Assembly: GCA_013115145.1 (NCBI GenBank)
Contig: JAAPAO010000378.1
Coordinates: forward strand, 1 to 34,573
Length of the DNA: 34,573 nucleotides
DNA from: Perkinsus chesapeaki ATCC PRA-425
Lineage: Eukaryota; Protista; Perkinsozoa
Direction: 5' to 3'
Shown here piece after piece: positions 1-9,887 of the stretch. Under the pieces are notes generated by a model. It saw only the letters and a program-made list of their open reading frames with translations. It did not search any database and had not been told where the DNA came from. The first letter of the stretch is position 1. Each line of letters starts with the position of its first letter. Both the position numbers and the translations under genes were made by a program.

Positions 1-222
1 AACTACCTTGAGATTCTTAGCACGGTCGAAGAACTCCTCATCGAGCTTGTCACTTCTGACAATGCAAGCATCGACATTCTCAGCAGCCTTGTAAAGCTCT
101 TCTTGAGTTTTGTAACCTTCAATCTTCTCGAAGGTCATACCGTTTTCCTTGCATATATTCTCGATGCCATCAACAGCGACTTCGTTGAAGGGTTTGAATG
201 TGGCCAAAAGGACGGTAGGCAT
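1..222 (-). CDS. serA: D-3-phosphoglycerate dehydrogenase / D-2-hydroxyacid dehydrogenase, N-terminal 74 aa (runs off the window)
   Basis: Hand translation from ATG at 222: MPTVLLATFKPFNEVAVDGIENICKENGMTFEKIEGYKTQEELYKAAENVDACIVRSDKLDEEFFDRAKNLKVV. The KPF...AV.GI and IVRSDK.DEE motifs match the short Entamoeba/Bacteroidetes-type PGDH N-terminus as recalled. Absent from the ORF track because it is truncated. Confidence 0.8.
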   Translation of the reverse strand, partial: MPTVLLATFKPFNEVAVDGIENICKENGMTFEKIEGYKTQEELYKAAENVDACIVRSDKLDEEFFDRAKNLKVV

Positions 223-777
223 ATTTAAGACAAGTTAGGAATATAATACGATTCTGAGGAAATATCAGCAAAATTTATCACGCACACTCTCGTCGCGAGA
301 GTCTCGTGCCACACTTGTACGTCTCATCTGTTGCACGCTTCGTTCTGGAAACTTGTTCTCGAGCTGAAGTGCCACTAGCGGTCGCCACAATGAGGGACAA
401 AATTTGTGTGCAACAGCAGTAGGCCGAAAAATGAGGCCGCCTGCTTTGAGAAATACTGTTTTCTAATTTCTGTAATTCGCTATCATCATAAGCCATGGAC
501 TTATAAGGCAATGTTAGCCTTTGGCGGCACATACCTTTGTGCTAGGCAGCGGCGTCTCGCGCCCTACGACCAAATACCCTAACTATCCGTTAATCGCCGC
601 TACTTGGGGGATATCGAGAGGTTAGAATGTCGAGCATGCGAGACTTCAATAAAAGGATCAAAGTACGAAGTCTGCGAGGTCTTGATGACGATCAGGTACT
701 GCGGCCAAACACCACACGTTGAAATGTGGAAAACCCGATCGATCGAGGAACATAAAAAATCATAGTAAAATAACAGG

Positions 778-849
778 TCCGCGGTAGTATAGAGGTTAGT
801 ATTCCTGCCTGTCACGCAGGAGACCCGGGTTCAATTCCCGGCCGCGGAA
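778..849 (+). tRNA. tRNA-Asp(GTC)
   Basis: Full cloverleaf: acceptor TCCGCGG/CCGCGGA, D-arm GTAT-AGAGGTTA-GTAT, anticodon stem CCTGC/GCAGG with loop CT-GTC-AC, T-arm CCGGG-TTCAATT-CCCGG. Discriminator base 849 is A. Confidence 0.93.
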
Positions 850-3240
850 CTTTACTCCATGGCTAGTGTCATTTCACGGTTTCAGCAAGCGCTAACATAC
901 CATGGTCTTCGTGATAAAGGATATGACAGTGGACTAGTATCCCTCCACTGAAGTCGACTGACCAGAACCTCACTGTTACGCCTTCCTCGCTGAACTTGAA
1001 TCCTCCAATTGTATCGTACCTAATTTCATGACCAATTTGCGGGACATTGAACCAAACCCGCCTCACCAATGCCCGAGATAGAAGCCAGCCTCCTCTCCTT
1101 CATCTTTACTTGCTTCATCACCGAATCTGACTATCTGGACTGGATACGTATGCATATGTACGGGGTGCTTCCAATCCCCCTTCTCATAAATCCATTCGTT
1201 TAAATCCCCGAGATGCATTTGTGTTAGATAATCAGTAGCAGAAGTGAAAGACTTGCCGTTCACGGCGAGCTCTCCTACCTCTAACTGAGCAGCGCGGAAA
1301 TTCGAAGCTGAGAATAGTACACATAGGACTACAGCGGCAAGTAAGATCATAACTGTCGAGTTCTTCTCGGCACCGAAACGGCTTTGTTCCGCCTGCAGCC
1401 GTATGTAGCCGTAACCCCTTGAACAGTGTACCACGAACCATTTCCACAAGGGAACCACGAGTAGGATAGCAAGGACGGCAAAAAGCCAACCTAGAAAGGT
1501 GTGCGATGGGAAAGTCGGATAATAGGGGCCGAATTTGAGATGGAACTGTGGCGCTGTTGGCGAGAGATTTCTTGTGTCCGCCAAATATTTGGCAGTTGGT
1601 GGCTCGTAGCGTGGAAGTGTCGCTGATCCACTCTCTGATGAGCTAGGGATGACGCTTAAGATGTCTCCAGTGTACCAGTAGTTGTCGGGACTCTTGTGGC
1701 TGACACCAATGAACTGCGCGTGCTGATCTGAGCTATTGCACCGGACGGCGACATCGCGACGTGAACCGGGAATGAGAATGAAGGAATTGACCTTTCTTGG
1801 CCCGTCTGTTGAAGGTATACCATCAGCAGCGATGACCTGACAAAAAGACCGTCATCCACATTAGAGCGGTAGACTGTGTTGAGTAGGACGTGGCAACTCA
1901 CGCTCATTTCGCAGGCTCCCTCCGGTACAATTATGATGTTAACATGGGCGGCAACTGGTGGATGAATGAAGCGAAGTACACCCCATTCCTTCAGAGGAAC
2001 GTTAATCGTGGGAGCTGAGATCGAAATAAAACCCTTCTCCGCTGTCAGTTCGTACCGACGAGGCCATTCACGAGGTACTTAGAAAACACCCGCTCTTCAG
2101 ATTCCTTCACAGCGAGCTCCTCTGGTTTCATATAGCTCGGCGGGCCATTGACATCGCCGGCCTCGTGACTATGGAAGAGCCAGTCCACACCTGTCAACAC
2201 GGTCCACACTGAGGAGTTGAGGAGTTCACCTGACTTCAGTTTGTAACAGTGAAAGCATACATGACCCAAAACTAGGTCCTTCTCGAAAGGGAACTCGAGC
2301 TCACCATTCCTGAGGCGAGGGACGCGCGGACACTAGCTAATCCAAACCTGTCTACTTAGGGCCGATAATAAGGGCACCAGCGAGGCCTTGGCCAACTTGG
2401 ATAACTGCGGCCCCGTGGAGATGCGCATGGTACATATACGTGCCTAAAACGATAGTCCGAGATAATCGAGCGGCAGCCGTCCACACCGTGCACGTGGTCC
2501 TGAGGTACATGATAGACGTATGTGAGGTTGTCTCCAGGTTGACAGGATACCAACACGTCATCTTCTTGTGGTGATATGTGAAGACCGTGAACGTGGAGGT
2601 TAGTTGCATTCAACTAGGGCGAGCCAGTAACTCGGTGAATATTCGAGAAAGGTACCCTGCCCAAATGATTGTTCTTCCATGCACCTTGAGGCGGCGAAAG
2701 CCTATTAATGATAGTGATCCGCAGTGTGTCGCCTGGGGAAACTCGGATGGTCGGCCCCACGAGCCTCCCATTATAGACTCGGGGCTGCCAATGGTCTATA
2801 CCAACCTAACAAATACGCTAAAGGCTTGTATAGAATGGAAAGGCTACACTCTCCATCAACTCGGGATCGGCGATATCAAGAAAGAGATCCTGCTCTACTG
2901 TAGCGGCTGTGACGAATACCTGTGAGCATATCGCCGCGAGAATAGGCCATCGACATAAAGAACCGAAGAACCTCGTCAAGAGCATCCGAGATTGAAAGTA
3001 ACTATCATAGTATCATCCACGGGGTATTCCGGTCGGGAATTGGTATCGTCAACGATCGGTGGAATTGGTAAGCAATCCCTTGAACGCACGTGCAAACCCA
3101 GGTGTGCAGCGCAGACCTATACCTTAAAACCATAAGCGTCCTTGTCCATGAAGAACCGTTCTACCCTTCTTTCAACACAACAACGGGGAATGCCGACAAC
3201 TACTTACACGGCAGGGCGTCTCCATCAGTGCATTCATCAC
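833..3240. repeat. Direct segmental duplication, unit 1 (partner about 12417-14830)
   Basis: Aligns by eye from the tRNA T-loop through the whole oxidase gene. Weak residual similarity continues upstream of the start codons (e.g. AACACAACAA..CCGACAACT in both copies). Confidence 0.9.
869..2985 (-). CDS. Three-domain multicopper oxidase, copy 1 (signal peptide; internal predicted transmembrane hairpin), 9 exons, 583 aa
   Basis: ATG at 2985 (MLLTRFFGSLCRWPILAAICSQVFVTAA). GT-AG introns at 2806-2847, 2614-2655, 2444-2486, 2310-2355, 2191-2229, 2015-2055, 1837-1901 and 1020-1066 give a 1752 nt stop-free frame. Motifs: YNGRLVGPTIRVSPGD, TNLHVHG, YMYHAHLHG, VIAADG, HPVHMH, HCHILYHEDHGM. Confidence 0.92.
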
Positions 3241-5740
3241 AGCATCTCCAACGGTGCCCGGTCTCCTGCTTTTCTGAGACGTCGGGAAGGACTCATGAGA
3301 CCTCTGCTCCCTCGAAGTTATGGACCCCGAGGGGGCTCACCCGCACCGTGCGTGCAGGGAGACATCGACCACAGAAGAGGAATATTTACGTGATCGAATT
3401 TGAGAAGTTCTCAAAGGAAACTATCGTTAGTTTTCATCACATCTTACAGAATAACAGCTATGACATACGTGAGTCAATTATCTCTCCGCAAAGGCTTTCA
3501 GCGAGGGCTTGACCATGACCAAGAGTTTATATTCGGTGGGCCAGAGCTAAACCGCTCTTGTGACAGGAGTCCTGTCCCATCGCATGTGTAACCACTAACG
3601 CCCGACAGGTCTCCTTACTAAGGTGGTTCTAATGGAGTTATAGGGACAAGTAAGACAGTCTCGAAAATGCCCTGTACTGCATTGGGTATGCAGCACACCA
3701 TGGCCTACATAGGACACCCTCTATCAGCGGTTGGACATAAGTTGGTTGTGCTTACGTAGAAAGCAATTCTCAGGATTGTATTGTTGAAGCGAAAGAGCTT
3801 CGTTCCGAGAGTCGCTGTGCTAGGGTGGGAGAGTAGAAGACACCCTGATACTCACCGATCGACAGAGCGGTAACTCCATGTTGTAAAGGATTGGCCTGAA
3901 AGGAAGCGCGTGGAAGTCTCCCACTGGAAGATTCTTCCAGGAAGAAGGTTTGCGGTCGAACCCCGAGGATAGGGTTTATGAGGAAGCGCTGAAATCGTCA
4001 GTCGCTTAACAAAGCGCGGTATACCCGAATCGAGCGAGCCGACTCAACCCATTTGGCGGTGAAATAAGAACGGCAGGTGATACCGTGGTCTTCAGGTAAG
4101 AAACTGTCGGCGAGAAGCCACGGCTACCGCTCTCGAATGGATATGCGGCTACTGGTGTCGCCCTATTATAGGACTCATATATACCCTGAATTATTGGGCC
4201 TATGAAATATAAGTGTCATGTACATTGTACATGCCTCTCCTTCATTCTTCCGATATCGTAGCCCTGCGAGTGTCGAAGCGAGAAGCATTATCGGTCAGCG
4301 CGCGCTTCTTCCGGAAGCTATGCCCCATTATTGATCAAATCCGAGAGAGACTGTGCCAACCAACAAACATGGCAGCCATGCTTACATCAGTTCTGGGAAG
4401 CCGAATTTTGCCCAAGACTGACCCAAAATAATTTTGGGCTAGGCTAGTAGTGAAGATAGCAACTGGCAGTTGCCAACTGCGCCAGTTGAACTGCCGTACA
4501 GGCATTTACTTCCAACTGGTGTGAAGTTATAACGATTGTTCTACATGAACCACACCAAAGCGGTTTTGGTGCGGAGCATGCTTCCAGCCTGGAAGCATGT
4601 GCCTGAATGCCACGTGAAGTATTTGGCTTTGCCTATCGTGTTTTGAGTGCTTTGAGCTGGAAGTAGAGTCGTCAGGTCGCTGGCTGTGATACGATATAAG
4701 AAGCAATACAATAGACTACGATATAATAAAACCGCTTCTTTTCCGAGGAGTGTGGGAGAAGATGAGACAAGTGGTGTAAGTCACCGGGTGACGCACCGCT
4801 TGCTCATCATGTGCCAGTGTGCTGCCAGTGTACATCACAATAGTCACAGGACTATACAGGTGTGAATTTGCCATGGCAGGCGACACTGACACCTCCCCGA
4901 AACCGAAACCGAAGCAAAAAAATCAAGCGGATGGCGCCTAAAGATGGCTTACTATCTGTGCCATGTCTTAAGCCATCCGCAGAAGTTAAAGCCAACGACA
5001 TTGCAACTCAGCTTTGCAACACGCCATTCATGAACAATGGGTTGATATCTCGCAGCGCGCTAGGGCGAGCGCTCCACCAAACTCGACAGTGAGTCTGTCC
5101 TAGCCCAGAACACAGTAGCACTCCTCGAATTGTAGTCGCTATTTTACGCTACACACAGTATCTTGTGCTACACAGAAAAAGCGGCGATGTCTGGGAAGGA
5201 ATGCCGCTATTGATGATTGCCATATATCTTTTTGGTGTGTGCCCCAGTGTGGTGTGTGCCCCTCATCAGTTAACCTATAACATAATAGTCTAACTGACTC
5301 GCAGGCCTTTGGAAGCTTTCTCAGGACCGTTTACACGATCCCTTACGGTTGAGCTCTAGCTAGAACGCCTCTTCGATGTTAATGCCGATTCACTTGCAGG
5401 GGTTCTAAGCTATGAATAGCGTGAAACACCTAGCGGACTTCCATTCTCTGTACATACAGACCCGAACTTTGGGAGAGCGAAAGCCTAGACTTATGCGCTT
5501 GATGTTCAACGAGGTGTGACCTGATTCTTGAATGACCGCATTCGTTCCTCAGCGGGCGCGCGGCGCCCTCCGCCGTCTACAACAGCATGGAGTCCATTTA
5601 CTAATTGCTACGTGCCCCGCAGCAAAAAAGTTACTAGACGTGATCAATCCAAGTATGATATGCTCCTTCTCTGCTGCAGGCAACGTGTAGGATAGGGCTA
5701 CAGTATCAAGCCCCCACAAGGTGGTGAAACTTCAGATGGA

Positions 5741-5762
5741 GCCCTAGCCATGACGGCTCAAG
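5741..5762 (+). other. Degenerate spliced-leader-like 22-mer (possible relic SL)
   Basis: GCCCTAGCCATGACGGCTCAAG matches the perkinsid/dinoflagellate SL (NCCGTAGCCATYTTGGCTCAAG, recalled) at 17 of 22 positions against the A-initial, CTT form. It is not followed by a GT donor, so it is not an SL RNA gene. Confidence 0.3.
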
Positions 5763-6056
5763 ATAGTACCGAGGCAAGCCTATCGCCGCAGGACTGGCAA
5801 TAGATGTCCTCTACGTTAAGAGCGGGCTTTTAGCCTGCAGACTATCTAGTTTAGATGTGTTTTCAATATGGCCTGATTCAGGGGTCCTTACTGGCCAGTA
5901 CTCTCGGCAACCCACGCTAGCGCGTATGCGCCGCGCCACTCTGTTGACATTTGGCGAGGCGCCCAAAGGCTGACCACTCTTGTACGCGTGCGTACATGCC
6001 CTCGTAGATGATACACTAATCCAGTATCCAGTGGTTTCCCTTCCTGGAGCGGAGGC

Positions 6057-8706
6057 ATGATCGCAATTCTTTTCCTTGTCTACCTAAACTGGTGTGGAGC
6101 TTCACAGAATTTGACGGAATTCCTGGACAGCCAGGACAGGTCAGAACTACAAACTTCTTACTGGCTTCACTGATAGCTCGGTATGGTCTCCATGATACAA
6201 ATCGCCTATTTGTCAGATACAGCCCTTTGGAGTATCGAAGAAATTTGCCGTCGATTCGCTGGGTTGAGTCATCGTTTCCACAACTTGTCGATCACTTTGA
6301 AGGTAAATCGAAATAGGGTATTTCGACAAGCGCACCTCCAAGAGTTTTGGTCCACTACAGACTGCGGAGCATGTCAACGTAGAGAGGCGTGTTTACACCA
6401 TGCCTACCGCCAAGAAGGAAGTGCATTTGCCCCATTTAAAATTGTTAGCCAGCAGTTGACCAGCAAACGAGATTGCTGGGAAGTTATTCATCGAAACCTT
6501 TCCAAATAAAGCATTGGAAGGGATTCCTTCTAGGTCCTGAAGCCGGACTATTTGCTCAGGAGTACACGCATTCCTTTGACTTTTTTGATAAGAAAAAGCC
6601 GGTAAGCTTGATGAATGTCTCTGTCCAATGAGAGGCCTTCTGTCAGATAATTTTTGTGCGCCTCACAAAATGGAGGCCGAGCGAAACCAAGATATTTGAT
6701 GTGCTCGAGCCGGCGACCAAAGTAAGGGCGGCTATTTACGTGATAGAATTGAGGTGAGAACGGCTTGAACGAGCCTCTACTTTTATAACCGCCCTGTTAA
6801 TGTCCAAAGTCTAGGTATTCTGGAACCAGCTTTCCCACGAATGAATATTCCTACGGGACACTCAAGAAGCTGCTGACAGTCAAACAGATGGTCGAGGATG
6901 TCGTACATTTTGGTACCCATTTAAGGTCAAAGGTACCTGACGTGAAGATAGTTCTCTTCGGCTGCAGCAGGACAGGGGTACAGCTCGGACCGTCCGAGTC
7001 GGACGTCCAAGATACTTAAACTTGATTATCCTTTCAGATGATAGCCGCTCTAGCCCGACAAAGACATCCGAAAATCTTCGCTGGGGCCGTCGCATCTTCA
7101 ACTCCATTCAAGATTACGCCAATCGATGTTAAGTGGGTAAACGAAAAAGCCCCTGAGTTTAAGTGATTCAAACTTCGATTGATCAGTGGCTTTTGAGTTC
7201 TGCTTGATTCACAACTGGTTTGTAATGCAGATGACTCACATGTATGTGGGCCATCTGAATATATTACCGTGGTATTAGCATTCATTCTTTAACTTTGTAT
7301 CAAAAGTGTTCCGATTCCACGGGGCGACGCACAAGGCAACTATCAAAAAGCTTCAAGCTGTATGGTCCATACAGTATGACTTATGCTAATCACGATACGG
7401 ATGTATGATTGTCCTGCCAAGGTACTGGCCTCATGTAGCGAAGGATTTCTCCAACCCACACCTTGGAGGTAGTCCAGCATGCGTAGATGTGGTAAGTTAA
7501 GAAGTATATTATTGAATACCCTGCATCCTATTATTATAGCTCACTGAAGCTCACCAAGAGTATGCGCAGGCCTTAAAAAAGGTCAAAGGTCGCAGGGCAG
7601 TCGAAGAGAAATTCCGATACTGTGACAGGTATCTGGAGGATGTGAACAATCAGATATTCAGGTAAGCAGCACTGTGGCTCTTCGAGCTCTGACTTCTCAG
7701 CGCGATTGGGGGACGTCTCCTCGGAATGAGCCCACAGTATAACGACCCTCATCGTGCGACAGATTACCACAACATAGAGAAGATCTGTGGTAGACTCACA
7801 AACGGGAGGCAAGGAAGGGCTTTATCTGCTGAAGTATCAAAACTATTGGGTTACCTGTTCAGTGAGTCCTCGCTCGATAAACTGGCTGACATCCGCAATA
7901 CGAATGAGCCTATACCACCTGGACGCTGCCGAGGTGCCCCCTTCAGAGCTTTTATCAATTTGTAATCTGCTCTGCTAGTGAATGCGAGAGTTGCACGTCG
8001 CTTGGAGATAATGGTGTTTGTCAGGTTGCGGGATTCGATGAGCAGAGATCCAGATAGACTCGACCTGTTTCACACATGTGACAGTCAGGGACTTTTTGGG
8101 TCATGCGATGGGTCACGGACATGTCCTTTTTATACAAAGACGAATTGGGTCGATTTTTACCTGATGGTATGCAAGGAAGGATTTGGAGTGTCGAAAGACC
8201 AGGTAAGAGTATTAATGGACTTGTTAAGAGCTCTCAGAATTGCCAGTTTCTTCGCAACGTTAAGGATTTACAAGAATATGTTGGAGAGGACTTGCATGGA
8301 GCTAATAATATATTATTGATCAATGGTGACGCGGATCCTTGGTATCCAAGTGGGATCACCAAAGGAAGGCCGGGGCTTCAAGTTATTAACGTAAGATTTC
8401 ATCAACACTATCAAATCAGTTTCTTGCGCAGGTACCAGATGCGTCACATTGCTTTTGGTGCAACATGCAGAATGAGTAGGTGCCGAACCATTTGTAATTT
8501 GCCTTATATATGACTTGCGGTTAATATTTCACCTGAGGTGAATCACCTCAGTGTGAAATTCATACTGTGAATGTTTTTATCATTCGCCGTGCTTTTATCG
8601 TCTTCAGCCGAAGGCTTTTTAGAGTATTGGTCATCACTGCGACAAAGACTTTGTCAGGGATTTAGTACACGAAATTGCCGAAGTTGTGAGCAAGTGGATT
8701 GCCTAG
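6057..8706 (+). CDS. Serine carboxypeptidase family S28 (PRCP/DPP7/thymus-specific serine protease-like), multi-exon, secreted
   Basis: Signal peptide MIAILFLVYLNWCGA at 6057. Spliced exons read FPQLVDHF, FAQEYTHSFDFFDKKKP, IYVIELRYSGTSFP, LLTVKQMVEDV, VLFGCSRTG (nucleophile Ser), RHPKIFAGAVASS, LFHTCDSQG..CPF, NILLINGDADPW (Asp) and VPDASHCFW (His). The last exon (VHEIAEVVSKWIA*, stop 8704-8706) is uncertain; an alternative stop lies near 8479. Confidence 0.8.
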
Positions 8707-9718
8707 CAGTACCAGACATCCCGCAGCAGCTGATGCGGATAAATGCTATGCGAATGCTAATAAGCACTTACCAGTGATAAGTCATCACTTCCGTACCATA
8801 CTATTGCTTCAGGTTGCACAGTCTCCGGTGCTATACACGCCTCGCCGTCCTTATTCGTCGCATAGTTTTCTCCATTACGCATAAGCTCTGCATTAAAACC
8901 CCGATGGTGGTACCAGCTCTTCAGTCCAGCGCCACTTAGACTTAACTCATCATTTACGACTTACCACTTCTAGATTAACTGAACCTATGTGTCGACTGGT
9001 AATGGTGTAGAGTGCTGACGAACGTTCAATAGGCGTTCTTAAGATGAGGTTTTCACTCTCAATTTTTGACTTGAGTTTTGAATTCTACTGCTCCAAGGGT
9101 GATAAGCTGATACTTCCACTGTGTGGACTTGGACACACTGCAAGTAGTTGAAGAGCAGTTAGAGAGGCATGTAGTACATGCCATGTTCTCCGGCCGCTCG
9201 TCGTAGAAAACACCAGAGCTTCCCAGCAAGTTGAGCTTGAAGGACATTTCTCTATGCAACGATTTTTTTGTTAAGCTATAACTCAGAGCCTAATCCGAAT
9301 ATCGCAATGGTTGATGAGGCATTAGAAAGGGCTCACCAAGAGCTTTAAGTTGGTACCTTACCTCACTCGTGACTCTCACGCGCCAACAAAATATGAGGCG
9401 TGGGCGCTTCTTTTCGCATCACTCTGTACAAGAATATGAGTCACCTTAAGCCCCGCGTCGAGGACTTGATTGACGGCAAAAGTTACGTCGAAGGCTGCGT
9501 ACTTGATGAAATGAGCTAGAACCTGATGTCACGCGGGAGTTGTCGTCAGATCAATGTCATGGAGCCTCCATGATGGAAGTATCAGTGATACCTTACCACA
9601 GTAACTTACTTCTTTATCTAGCGGTTTCCATGCCTTGGATACACCCAGCTTAGTCTGAACATCTTTGCTGTTGTAGAAATCCGTCGGCTGGGGGATAACT
9701 CATGAACAACTTGCAAGA
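8703..9718 (-). pseudogene. Serine carboxypeptidase family S10 (carboxypeptidase Y/cathepsin A-like), C-terminal fragment, probably decayed
   Basis: Exons 9610-9718 and 9445-9522 splice cleanly to ..PTDFYNSKDVQTKLGVSKAWKPLDKE|VLAHFIKYAAFDVTFAVNQVLDAGLK, typical of the S10 C-terminal half. The expected GDxD and AGHMVP segments were not found in clean form. An open exon at about 8774-8960 plus LLRDVWYC* may or may not belong to it. Confidence 0.55.
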
Positions 9719-9887
9719 CTGAACATGCTAGCCTACATCTCCGAGAAGGATCCTGTAATATTTCGACTTGTTTCCAGCTTTGACGCGAATGCCGTATCTG
9801 AGGGATTGGCCACCAATTGTCAGTTCACCTTCAAACCGTGCGTTGAACAAAGTTACATCCCATGCGAATATATTCAATTGTTTGAAG

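Noticed and set aside
869-1069. Apparent frameshifts or split ORFs in the oxidases (pseudogene or recoding)
   Set aside because: All breaks are resolved by canonical 39-65 nt GT-AG introns, giving a continuous frame in copy 1.
2578-2925. 115 aa plus-strand ORF repeated almost identically at 14185-14532
   Set aside because: It is the antisense shadow of oxidase exons 1-3. Its conservation simply follows the near-identical DNA block.
3290-4110. Run of splice-like signals and short exon-like frames (e.g. HVVKDWPERKRVEVSHWKILPGR)
   Set aside because: No consistent stop-free spliced path or recognisable family could be built. It may be a decayed gene but is unsupported.
4453-4474. 22 nt similarity to 11602-11623 (possible element termini)
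   Set aside because: A 19/22 direct match between some pair of sites is expected about once by chance in a window this size, and there is no TSD or internal transposase.
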